Source: Pseudohongiellaceae bacterium | Lineage (GTDB): Bacteria; Pseudomonadota; Gammaproteobacteria; Pseudomonadales; Pseudohongiellaceae | Reading direction: 5' to 3' | Length of the DNA stretch: 43,760 nucleotides | NCBI GenBank assembly: GCA_040905005.1 | Contig: JBBDSI010000008.1 | Coordinates: 21,360 to 65,119, forward strand | Shown: in pieces, positions 28,435 to 36,726 of the stretch | Position numbering within the stretch: position 1 is the first letter of the stretch | Layout of the letters: the number at the start of each line of letters is the position of its first letter | Translations under genes and position numbers: made by a program | The notes under the pieces: model-generated | Databases searched by the model: none | The model's input: only the letters and a program-made list of their open reading frames with translations | What the model was told of the DNA's origin: nothing

Positions 28435-29061
28435 TCAGACCTTGGTCAGGCGCAGATAGGGACGGACTTCCTCCCAACCCTGGGGAAAGATGTCCTTCGC
28501 CTCCTCGTTGCTGATGGTCGGTGGAATGATGACCTCGTCGCCCGGGCGCCAGTCCGCCGGGGTGGCGATGCGTTTGGCGTCGCCGAGTTGCAGCGAATCG
28601 ATGACGCGCAGAATCTCGTCGAAGTTGCGGCCCACGGCCATGGGGTAGGTCATGGTCAGGCGGATCTTCTTGTTCGGATCGATGATGAACACCGAACGCA
28701 CCGCCGCGGTCTCGCTCTCGCCGGGGTGAATCATGTCGTACAGCTCGGCGATCTTGTGATCGGCGTCGGCGACAATGGGGAAATTCAGGGTGGTGTGCTG
28801 GGTGTCGTTCACATCCAGGATCCACTTGTCGTGTTCGGCCACGGTGTCGGTGGACAGGCCGAGCGGCTTGACGTTGCGTTCGGCGAATTCGTCTGCCAGC
28901 TGTGCTGTGCGGCCCATCTCGGTGGTGCACACCGGCGTAAAGTCGGCCGGGTGGCTGAAGAAGAAGCCCCAGGAATCTCCCAGCCAGTCGTGGAGGGTAA
29001 TGGTTCCCTTGGTGGTTTCGACGGTGAAGTCCGGTGCAGTGTCGCCGAGGTGTAAGCTCAT
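28435..29061 (-). CDS. 1-Cys peroxiredoxin (Prx6-like)
   Basis: The ATG at 29061 gives MSLHLGDTAPDFTVETTKGTITLHDWLGDSWGFFFSHPADFTPVCTTE. This contains the PxxxTxxC peroxidatic Cys motif, and no resolving Cys occurs in the 2-Cys position. Confidence 0.9.
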   Translation of the reverse strand: MSLHLGDTAPDFTVETTKGTITLHDWLGDSWGFFFSHPADFTPVCTTEMGRTAQLADEFAERNVKPLGLSTDTVAEHDKWILDVNDTQHTTLNFPIVADADHKIAELYDMIHPGESETAAVRSVFIIDPNKKIRLTMTYPMAVGRNFDEILRVIDSLQLGDAKRIATPADWRPGDEVIIPPTISNEEAKDIFPQGWEEVRPYLRLTKV

Positions 29062-29229
29062 GGGGTTTGCTCCTTTTGGCAAAAAATTAAACGGAAAATA
29101 GCAATGGTTGATTAGTTAACAGTATGCGTGACTATCGCAAGAACTCCTACCGATAATTGGCCTGGAAATCCGTGCAATCGACGCCCAATTGTCGATGTGC
29201 AGGCCTGGGTGTCGAGTGGCAGTCCGGCT

Positions 29230-29787
29230 TCAGCGCACGGCGTAGATTTTCGCATCGAAGGCGCTGCGCCTGTTGAGTACGTCCAGTGCGAGCCGCTCTT
29301 TCTCGGCGCCATTGGTGCGCACGAACAATAAGAGGTGTCCCTCGTCCACCTGCTCCTCGAGGAACTCGGCGTCGCTCTCATGGATGATGCTGCCGAGCAG
29401 GGCGCCGACGCCGCCGAACACCGCGGTAGTCGCCACCGCGGCCGCCACGGCACCGCCGAGGATGCCGGCGGAGGCGACAACGGCGCCGCCGGCGACCGCC
29501 GCCCCGACGAAATAAAGCGTGCCCAGCAGGGCGTGCACGGTATCGCCCACCGCCTCCTTGTGCACGAAGGCGGTCTTCGGGCCCTCGTCGTCGTCCGTAT
29601 CATGATGGTACTCGGCGTAGACATGGCCGAGCTTGTCCTTGACCGTGTGCTCTCCCGCCAGCAGGCCGATCTCCTTGTGCTCGAAACCGGCTTGCTGCAG
29701 GTCGCGGATCGCTTCCTCGAGCTTCTTCGAGTCGAAGAAAATGCCTACGGCCTCGCGGGTTACCACGGAATTCGCGTCGTTTTTCAT
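29230..29787 (-). CDS. Stress-type membrane protein (YflT/GsiB-like N-domain plus a Gly-zipper TM segment)
   Basis: The ORF is 185 aa with AAGGA 9 nt upstream of the ATG. It has a soluble N-domain (VGIFFDSKKLEEAIRDLQQAGF), a central Gly/Ala-zipper hydrophobic region (GAAVAGGAVVASAGILGGAVAAAVATTAVFGGVGALLG) and a short C-domain. The family name is tentative. Confidence 0.6.
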   Translation of the reverse strand: MKNDANSVVTREAVGIFFDSKKLEEAIRDLQQAGFEHKEIGLLAGEHTVKDKLGHVYAEYHHDTDDDEGPKTAFVHKEAVGDTVHALLGTLYFVGAAVAGGAVVASAGILGGAVAAAVATTAVFGGVGALLGSIIHESDAEFLEEQVDEGHLLLFVRTNGAEKERLALDVLNRRSAFDAKIYAVR

Positions 29788-30065
29788 AGTGATGTCCTTT
29801 CATTGAATGCGTGCGCGGAGCTTCCGCTCGTCCCCAGCATACTGCTCGCGCACCGAAAACAAAATAGCTATTTTAGGGTCGCCATACAGATAAATTTATG
29901 ACAAATCGCAACTAATGATGCCGCGAGTCTCACACTGAGATTCTGACGGCCAGTTGATCTTGGTCAGGAACCGTCGGTATCGTGTCCGCTAGATTCAAGT
30001 CTGCGGCAGCGTCTGATATCCGCCAGACCCTGCCAGCTCCAACCAATGCGGAAAAGGAGAATGTC

Positions 30066-30203
30066 ATGTCCCGAGAAGTCGGTGATCGATACCGTTGCGA
30101 GAAGTGTGGTGCCGAGCTGGTCTACGAGAAGCCCTGCCCCTGCGGCGAAAAGATGCAGCACTCGGAGATCTGCTGCGCCGAGCAGATGAAGAAGGTCGGC
30201 TAG
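30066..30203 (+). CDS. 45-aa Cys-rich miniprotein (zinc-ribbon or metallothionein-like)
   Basis: The ATG at 30066 follows a strong AAGGAGA Shine-Dalgarno sequence with 6-nt spacing. The sequence MSREVGDRYRCEKCGAELVYEKPCPCGEKMQHSEICCAEQMKKVG has 6 Cys arranged CxxC...CxC...CC. The listed 73-aa ORF starts further upstream with no ribosome-binding site. Confidence 0.55.
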   Translation: MSREVGDRYRCEKCGAELVYEKPCPCGEKMQHSEICCAEQMKKVG

Positions 30204-30344
30204 CCCGCCCGCTCGTCGGGTTTCATCGATCCGGCGGTGGCACATTCTACTCACTGCTTGTATGGAATCGAGCTGCGCCGGTCTCGCGACGCGGCGCGGT
30301 TCTCATGTGCCTGAGGCGGCGCCGCACTGCCTGTGTCAGAGGAG

Positions 30345-31568
30345 TCAGAGGAACGGAAACACCATGTTCAGGCTGCGCAGGCCGAGCAGAATCGTAATGC
30401 CGACCACCCCCAGCGCCAGGCCGTTATGCCAGGGCGCGTTGCGGTAGTCGCCCAGCAGGGCGCGGCTGTTCATGATCAGCAGCAGAAACACGGCGACCAC
30501 CGGCAGCAGGATGCCGTTGGTCATCTGTGCGAACTGGATCAGGCTGACCGGATTGAGGCCGAGGCTGGACACGAGCACCCCGAGCAGCAGGATGCCCTGC
30601 CAGACCAGCCGGAAGCGACGGCGATGAGTCACCTCGTCCCAGCCGAGAATGCCGCGGGCGGCATAGGCGGCGGCCAGCGGCGCGGTGATGGCCGAGGAGA
30701 TGCCGGCGGCGAACAGGCCCAGTCCGAGGAAGGCCGGCGCCCAGTTCCCCAGCAGCGGCTCAAGTTGCGCGGCCATGTCCGCCGCGGAACCGATGTCGCC
30801 GGCGCCGAACAGCGACGCGGCGCTGGTGATGACGATGCTCATGGAGATGACGCCGCCGATGACGATGGCGATGACGATCTCGCGCCGCAGCAGCGGCAGC
30901 TCACCGACGTCGCGGTAGCGCTCGCGCACGACGGCGGCGTGCAGGAACAGGTTGTAGGGGACCACCGTGGTGCCAAGCAGCGCCACCACCAGCAGCCAGT
31001 CATCGGCCGTGGCGCGCGGCACGAACAGGCCGCTGAGAATCGCGCCGACATCGGGCCGCACCAACACCGCCGTGCTAAGGAACACGGCGCTCATCACCGC
31101 CACCAGCAGCAGCAGGCTGCGCTCGATGACGCGAAAGCGCCCGGACCAGAGCACGGCCCAGGCGACGGCGCCGATCAGCAGCGGCGCGAGGGCGATGTCG
31201 AAGCCGTTGCTGGAGACCGTAACCGCAAGCGCCAGTTCCTGCAGGCCCAGCGCGGCGCCGGAGATGTTGCCGCCCTCGTAGGCGGCGTTGCCGATGACGA
31301 TGGCACTCAGCACCAGGGCGACACCGATGAAGCGCGTTAGGGGCTGCGTCAGCCGCAGGCGAATGGCCTCGCCGAAGCCGCGCCCGGTGACCAGCCCCAG
31401 CCGCCCGGTCATCTCCTGCAGGACGACGGTGGCGATGACCGAGAAGAGCAGGGCCCACAGCAGGGTATAGCCCGACTGCACGCCGGCCAGGGTGCAGACG
31501 GTGACGGTGCCGGGGCCGATGAAGGCGGCGGTGATGAGGGTGCTGGGGCCGAAGTATTTCTGCAGCAT
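30345..31568 (-). CDS. Nramp-family (SLC11-like) membrane transporter with a non-canonical substrate site
   Basis: The ORF is 407 aa with about 11 TM helices. TM1 FGPSTLITAAFIGPGTVTVCTLAG aligns without gaps to E. coli MntH [24 protein letters not shown]. TM6 LLGTTVVPYNLFLHA aligns to VLGATIMPHVIYLHS. The ligand positions D, N, A and M are G, T, T and V here. Confidence 0.85.
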   Translation of the reverse strand: MLQKYFGPSTLITAAFIGPGTVTVCTLAGVQSGYTLLWALLFSVIATVVLQEMTGRLGLVTGRGFGEAIRLRLTQPLTRFIGVALVLSAIVIGNAAYEGGNISGAALGLQELALAVTVSSNGFDIALAPLLIGAVAWAVLWSGRFRVIERSLLLLVAVMSAVFLSTAVLVRPDVGAILSGLFVPRATADDWLLVVALLGTTVVPYNLFLHAAVVRERYRDVGELPLLRREIVIAIVIGGVISMSIVITSAASLFGAGDIGSAADMAAQLEPLLGNWAPAFLGLGLFAAGISSAITAPLAAAYAARGILGWDEVTHRRRFRLVWQGILLLGVLVSSLGLNPVSLIQFAQMTNGILLPVVAVFLLLIMNSRALLGDYRNAPWHNGLALGVVGITILLGLRSLNMVFPFL

Positions 31569-31707
31569 GCGTACGGAATGGCCGACTCCCTGTTAATGAG
31601 CCTGTAGCATGCCACAGACAGTACGGGCGCGGGGAGAACAGCTCGCCGGCTTCGCCGCCGCGCCTCAGCGATTGGCATTACGCTGAGCGGTGAAATAGGA
31701 TACGGTA

Positions 31708-32385
31708 ATGGAATCGGGTCAAATTTTCACCGGCAAAGATTACCAGCATATACATCGGCGTATATCCTGGGGGCTCAAGCTGATTCTGATCCTGGGTGGT
31801 ATTTTTCTGCTACTGCAGGGACGATACCAGGCGGCCATGGAAGCCGCGTTGATTTTGCTGATCACGTTGCTCCCGGTAATTTTAGGTCATCGTTTCAACG
31901 TACGTATCCCTCACGAGTTCGAATCCCTCGCCGTGGTTTTCGTGTACATGGCGCTGTTTCTTGGCGAGATACAGGGCTACTACCTGCGCTTCTGGTGGTG
32001 GGATGTCGTACTGCACATCGGTTCCGGGCTGCTGTTGGGCATTCTCGGCTTTTTACTCGTCTACGTGCTCAACGCGAAAAAGGATATCGAGTTGGAACTG
32101 CATCCCAAGTTCATTGCTTTGTTTGCATTCATGTTCGCAATGGGAATGGGCGCCCTCTGGGAAATCTTCGAATTCGCCATGGACCAGCTATTCGGGATGA
32201 ATATGCAGAAGAGCGGCCTGGTGGATACGATGTGGGATCTGATCGTGGACGGCATCGGTGCATTAATCATAGCGATCGCCGGATCGATCTACTTGAGTAA
32301 TCCCAACGAGACTTCTTTTCTCGAGCGCTGGATAGACGTTTTTATTGAAAAAAATCCGCGCCTCTTCTCCGAAGACCGAAGATAG
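31708..32385 (+). CDS. Hypothetical polytopic membrane protein (YjdF/DUF2238-like, tentative)
   Basis: The ORF is 225 aa with about 6 hydrophobic helices. TAGGA lies upstream of the ATG. GC is lower than in the flanks. The conserved-looking block is GALWEIFEFAMDQLFG...DTMWDLIVDGIGA. Confidence 0.6.
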   Translation: MESGQIFTGKDYQHIHRRISWGLKLILILGGIFLLLQGRYQAAMEAALILLITLLPVILGHRFNVRIPHEFESLAVVFVYMALFLGEIQGYYLRFWWWDVVLHIGSGLLLGILGFLLVYVLNAKKDIELELHPKFIALFAFMFAMGMGALWEIFEFAMDQLFGMNMQKSGLVDTMWDLIVDGIGALIIAIAGSIYLSNPNETSFLERWIDVFIEKNPRLFSEDRR

Positions 32386-32458
32386 GGCGATACTAATTGC
32401 AGATCGCTGGGTCAGGCTCTGCGGCCGGTTTGACAAGGGGGAGCCAGTGAATGACTGA

Positions 32459-32668
32459 TCAGGCGTTTCTCGACCAAAGGCGGGACCAGTACTCCGCTTC
32501 CTGCTGGCGACAGCGATTCAGGGCACCGCAGTCCTCGGCCAGGGACAACAGATCTTCGAGGGCTTTCAGGCGCTCGCTTGCACTGGCACCCAAAACCCAA
32601 TCCCGCAAATGAGCGTGGGCGGCGCCTTCACGTGTCCATGGATTCTGCTGATCTTCAGGTGTAGTCAC
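32459..32668 (-). CDS. 69-aa hypothetical protein translationally coupled to the upstream nucleotidyltransferase gene
   Basis: The GTG start at 32668 has a strong AAGGAG (complement of 32675-32680) 7 nt upstream. The gene overlaps the 3' end of the upstream gene by 14 nt. I recognise no family. Confidence 0.45.
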   Translation of the reverse strand: MTTPEDQQNPWTREGAAHAHLRDWVLGASASERLKALEDLLSLAEDCGALNRCRQQEAEYWSRLWSRNA

Positions 32669-33164
32669 CTGGTATCTCCTTGATTTGCTGAAGCTGACGG
32701 ATGTCTGATTGATCGATGTCGCGGCCGGCCAGGCGTTTCATTGTGATCAAATCATCAATTGATGCTACTGATACCGGCACGCCTTCGATTTCCTTGATCA
32801 CGCTGCGCTCATAGAGTCCCGGGAAGTCAATCGGCGAATCCACGAACAGATCAACAACCCAGCGCGGCTCGCTGGGATGGAATAGGGAAAAAACCTGCAT
32901 CCCTTTCTCCTTGATCCAACGTTTGCGCCTCTCGGGATCGGAGAACTCTTCCAGTCTGACCGGCACACGCGGCTGAAACCCCAGCTCGCGCAAGTCGTTC
33001 AGCATTGCGTCCAATCGCTCTCCATCCAAATCAATGACCAGATCGGTATCCGTGGTCAGGCGCACATGGCCATGCAGAATCACTGCCAAACCACCGACAA
33101 CGACGTATCCGCACCCGCTACTATTGAGCCTGGCGAAGAGTGTCCTGTAGCTCAGTTGAGTCAT
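32655..33164 (-). CDS. Minimal nucleotidyltransferase-fold protein (MNT / AbiEii-like / DUF6036-like)
   Basis: The ORF is 169 aa and the ATG at 33164 has GAGG motifs upstream. The N-terminal CGYVVVGGLAVILHGHVRLTTDTDLVIDLD fits the G(G/S)-x9-13-DxD polymerase-beta-type NTase signature. Confidence 0.6.
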   Translation of the reverse strand: MTQLSYRTLFARLNSSGCGYVVVGGLAVILHGHVRLTTDTDLVIDLDGERLDAMLNDLRELGFQPRVPVRLEEFSDPERRKRWIKEKGMQVFSLFHPSEPRWVVDLFVDSPIDFPGLYERSVIKEIEGVPVSVASIDDLITMKRLAGRDIDQSDIRQLQQIKEIPGDYT

Positions 33165-33353
33165 GCAACCTCATTTCTCCTCAACACTAGCCCGGGCGTG
33201 CAATAGTCTTCGAGGACCAGCCGGAAGTCTGCATGGTCACATATTCCGCCAGTGCTCACCACCGACTTTATAGGTGCTTATCCACTGAATCGCGCCCTGG
33301 GCGGTTTCACACAGGCTTGCACTCCCCGCAAGCCTCGGTCATGGTAAGCGCCG

Positions 33354-34922
33354 GTGACCACGGAGACGGAGGTAACAGTGAGCGAGGAACTGGCACAAGC
33401 CCTGGGCGAGTCCAGCCAGGCGGAACTGGTGGAGACCCACATCTCCTGGCTGATCCTGGGGCGGGAGACCGTCTACAAGCTGAAGAAACCGGTCGACCTC
33501 GGCTTCCTCGATTTCTCCACGCTGGAGAAACGCCGCCGCGCCTGCGAGGACGAACTGCGCCTGAACCGACGCACCGCGCCGCATATCTACGAGGCGGTGG
33601 TGCCGGTCTCCGGCACCGAGTCCGCGCCCCTGCTCGATGACGACAGCGCCGTGATCGACTACGCGCTGCGCATGCGGCGCTTCGACAACAGCAAGCAGCT
33701 CGACCGGCTGGCCGGGAGCGGGGCGCTGGGCGCGGACGCGATGGATGCGCTGGCGGAGGCCGTGGCCGGGTTTCACGACGGCATCCGCGGCGCCGAAGCG
33801 CCGGCCGACTGCGGCACGCCCGAGGCGATACTCGCACCGGCGCGGGAGAACTTCGAGGCGCTGGCCGAGCTCGATCACCATGCAGAAGATCAGGCTCTCC
33901 TGGACGAGCTGCGGGAATGGACGGAGCAGGAATACCGGCGCCGCGAGGCCGACTTCGCGACGCGCCGCGAGCAGGGCTTCGTGCGCGAGTGCCACGGCGA
34001 CCTGCACCTGGGCAACATCTATTACGCCGACGGCCGCGCCGTGCCCTTCGACTGCATCGAGTTCAGCGCGGCGCTGCGCTGGATCGACGTCATGGCCGAC
34101 ATCGCCTTCACGGTGATGGACCTGATCAACCACGACCTGCCCGCGCTGGGCTACCGCCTGCTCAACGAGTACCTGGCCCGCACCGGCGACTACGGCGGTG
34201 TGCGTGTGCTGCGCTGGTACCTGGTGTATCGCGCCATAATCCGCGCCAAGGTGGCGGCGATCCGCGCCGGCCAGGACAAGGAGCACGCGGGAGAGCTGGA
34301 CAGCCAGTGCAGCCACTACCTGCAGCTCGCCGGGCGTCTGGCACAGCCGGGAGAATCCGCGCTCATACTCATGTGTGGCCTCTCCGGCACCGGCAAGACC
34401 ACCATCGCCCGCGACCTGGCCGGCGACCTGGAGGCGATCCACCTGCGCTCGGACGTGGAACGCAAGCGCCTGCACGGGCTGGCCATGACCGACTCCAGTC
34501 ATGAAAGCGGGCTCGATATCTACACCCGGCAGGCGAGTGAGCGCACCTTCAGTCACCTGGAGCAACTGACGGCCGATGTTCTCGCCTGTGACCTGCCGGT
34601 GATCGTGGATGCCACCTTCATCGGCCGCGCGCTACGCCGCCGCTTTACCGATCTGGCCAGGCGCCTGAGTGTGCCCTGGCTCATTGTCGAGTGTACGGCT
34701 ACGGAGGAACAGGTGCGGGAGCGGCTGGCGGCGCGTAGCGGGGACGCGTCGGAGGCGGGGCTGCAGCAGTACATTGATCAGCGTGAGGCGTTCGAGCCAT
34801 TTACCGACGACGAGCTGCGGCGGCGACTGGTCGTGGACTCCGAGGCGGGCACGGGGGGTCTGGCCGACCGGGTACTGGATGTGATGAATGACTCTTCAGT
34901 AACGAAAATCAGCGAGGAGTGA
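33354..34922 (+). CDS. Bifunctional aminoglycoside-phosphotransferase-like kinase / P-loop (AAA_33-type) ATP-binding protein
   Basis: The APH/protein-kinase-like catalytic loop is CHGDLHLGNI with a downstream IDVMAD. The C-terminal P-loop is MCGLSGTGKTTIA. The listed start is a GTG at 33354. An in-frame GTG at 33378 has GGAGG 6 nt upstream and may be the true start. Confidence 0.8.
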   Translation: MTTETEVTVSEELAQALGESSQAELVETHISWLILGRETVYKLKKPVDLGFLDFSTLEKRRRACEDELRLNRRTAPHIYEAVVPVSGTESAPLLDDDSAVIDYALRMRRFDNSKQLDRLAGSGALGADAMDALAEAVAGFHDGIRGAEAPADCGTPEAILAPARENFEALAELDHHAEDQALLDELREWTEQEYRRREADFATRREQGFVRECHGDLHLGNIYYADGRAVPFDCIEFSAALRWIDVMADIAFTVMDLINHDLPALGYRLLNEYLARTGDYGGVRVLRWYLVYRAIIRAKVAAIRAGQDKEHAGELDSQCSHYLQLAGRLAQPGESALILMCGLSGTGKTTIARDLAGDLEAIHLRSDVERKRLHGLAMTDSSHESGLDIYTRQASERTFSHLEQLTADVLACDLPVIVDATFIGRALRRRFTDLARRLSVPWLIVECTATEEQVRERLAARSGDASEAGLQQYIDQREAFEPFTDDELRRRLVVDSEAGTGGLADRVLDVMNDSSVTKISEE

Positions 34923-35270
34923 AGGGGATTGATGTCTTATTGAGGAGATAAAGCAGTCGATTTCTGCGGAATTTGGCTGAAAAACGAACTTCACCAGGTT
35001 CACCATTCACCAAACTGGACAATTTCCCGGCTCGGATATACCCTTCGTGCTACTCAAAGGCGTGCAACTGGATTCTCTACTATCAGCTACGGCCCATTGG
35101 TCAGTCTATTAGAGCATTAACATTACCGGGATACCCGTAAGTGTAGGGAATTTCAGATCAGGTTTTTAGTGTGTATCAAGTAGCACTGATTTCGGTCTGT
35201 ACGCTCAGCCAGTTCCAGGTCGAACATGGCCGCAGGATGTGGACTTCATTGAAGTAGCTGAACAGGGTTA

Positions 35271-36254
35271 ATGAAAGAGCATTTTGAGTGGCTGGTAGAC
35301 CGTAATATCAGGGATGAGACTGGCGACAGCACCCGAATTGATATTAAGCAGGAAGGTCTCGAGTTGAAGCTGGAACGGCTGTCATATGGTCCGTCAGCCG
35401 TCGTTTTTTGCAAGGTCCAGACCAGGGACCCCTTTCCAATGACCCTTGCCGATTCTGCAACAGAAGAATCGGATCAGGCACTGACGTACATCGTCAATTT
35501 ATCCGGGTATTCGACCGGTAAATTGCTCAACGGTAGTAAATTTGTCCTGGATAAGACCTGGGGCATCCTGGCTGATTTTTCCGATGGCAGTGCCGAATTC
35601 GTCTCCCACCCAGGTGAAACAATAAGATCGTTCAGCGGGGCTTTTGCCATTAATACCCTGAGCGATTTATTGGGGGAAGATTATGAGGGAGCAGGCGCCG
35701 CAATACTGCGCGAAATGTCCGACAACCCGGGCGCCCTGATTAGCTCTTTTCGCATATCCCCGCAAATACGACTACTTGCCAGTAGCGCTTGGGACAATAC
35801 TCAACTGGCTGGTCCGCTAAGGCGGTTGTTCATGGAAGGTGTTTCCTTGCAGATATTGGCCCTTATCCTTGATCAGCGGCAATCGGTCCCGTTGCTTGGC
35901 CGTCCTGCTGAGATTAAGGTAATAGCCCACAAGAACGCTATTCGAGATGCTGCCGAACTGTTGTTGAGCGATTTGGGCAATCCTCCTACCATCGCCCAGC
36001 TGTCAGCAATGTCCGGTCTCAGTGCACGACAATTAAACGCTGGTTTTAGGCAAATCTTCGGATATTCTGTCTTCAATTTTCTGTGTGAGAATCGGCTGCT
36101 TTCTGCTAAAGAATTATTGATAAGACAACCAGATTTCCCACTAAAAGTGCTCGCATCCAAAATGGGCTATGCCCATCCCAACAATTTCATTGCGGCATTC
36201 AAGCGTAAATATGGAATACCTCCCAGGCAGTACGCAAAGTTGCATCGCCACTAG
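35271..36254 (+). CDS. AraC/XylS-family transcriptional regulator
   Basis: The ORF is 327 aa. The C-terminal double HTH reads PTIAQLSAMSGLSARQLNAGFRQIFGYS...LASKMGYAHPNNFIAAFKRKYGIPPRQY. The N-terminal about 200 aa are unrecognised. The gene lies in a low-GC context, 470 bp upstream of the giant gene. Confidence 0.85.
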   Translation: MKEHFEWLVDRNIRDETGDSTRIDIKQEGLELKLERLSYGPSAVVFCKVQTRDPFPMTLADSATEESDQALTYIVNLSGYSTGKLLNGSKFVLDKTWGILADFSDGSAEFVSHPGETIRSFSGAFAINTLSDLLGEDYEGAGAAILREMSDNPGALISSFRISPQIRLLASSAWDNTQLAGPLRRLFMEGVSLQILALILDQRQSVPLLGRPAEIKVIAHKNAIRDAAELLLSDLGNPPTIAQLSAMSGLSARQLNAGFRQIFGYSVFNFLCENRLLSAKELLIRQPDFPLKVLASKMGYAHPNNFIAAFKRKYGIPPRQYAKLHRH

Positions 36255-36726
36255 AAGCGCTTTTCTACCCTGTCACAATTTACGCCTCGCAAGAAAATGC
36301 CAACCATCATAGTTTTGTCAATACGCATAGTTTTTATCTGTCGACCGAATTTGCCCACCCACTATAATCCCTTCCTGCTTGATGAATATTTGCGGCCAAC
36401 GGGGACGCTCACAATATAATATAGTCATATGATTGCGAGCCAGTCGAAGCTGGCCAGCTCATCAGTATTGCCTCGCTCATTAAGCCTGTAACACGGTTTC
36501 TCTGCCAGATTGCGCCTATTGACGTGCGGTTCATGCCCTACGTTTGCTTACTTAATGGCTGGCCGTCGGTGCCGCCCTAAAACCTGCTTTATCGGTAGAT
36601 TATCAATAGCAAAGCTGGCGCTAAAAATAACTGGTTCGATCTGGACTCTACTGCCCAATTATTGCAGTAACTTTCATTAACCTGACCCATTTCCGGGACA
36701 ATTATTTCCAGCAGGATTCTATTAAT

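Noticed and set aside
31569-31707. A possible yybP-ykoY (Mn2+) riboswitch in the 5' leader of the Nramp-like gene.
   Set aside because: Read on the minus strand, the leader lacks the conserved GGGGAGUAG and paired L3 elements of that riboswitch. Only a generic 7-bp hairpin (ctcagcg/cgctgag) is present.
32459-32668. The 69-aa ORF as a HEPN toxin partner of the nucleotidyltransferase, based on the R-x4-H string REGAAH.
   Set aside because: HEPN domains are roughly twice this size, and the string is short enough to occur by chance. I kept the ORF only as an unclassified coupled ORF.
33339-34565. A 408-aa ORF antisense to the APH/P-loop kinase gene. Similar long antisense or out-of-frame ORFs occur at 4205..5284, 11427..12383, 18734..19615, 24218..25768, 26794..27795, 28013..28930 and 30333..31340.
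   Set aside because: All lie inside stronger ORFs with recognisable family motifs on the other strand or frame. Their translations are Arg/Ala/Gly/Pro/His-rich low-complexity sequence, as expected from stop-codon depletion in GC-rich DNA. None has a plausible ribosome-binding site.
34923-35270. A left-hand att-like direct repeat of the tRNA 3' end that would delimit a genomic island.
   Set aside because: Reading this AT-rich stretch by eye, I found no match of 12 nt or more to the tRNA segment tggtagctatggctggacttgaaccagc. A proper alignment is still needed.
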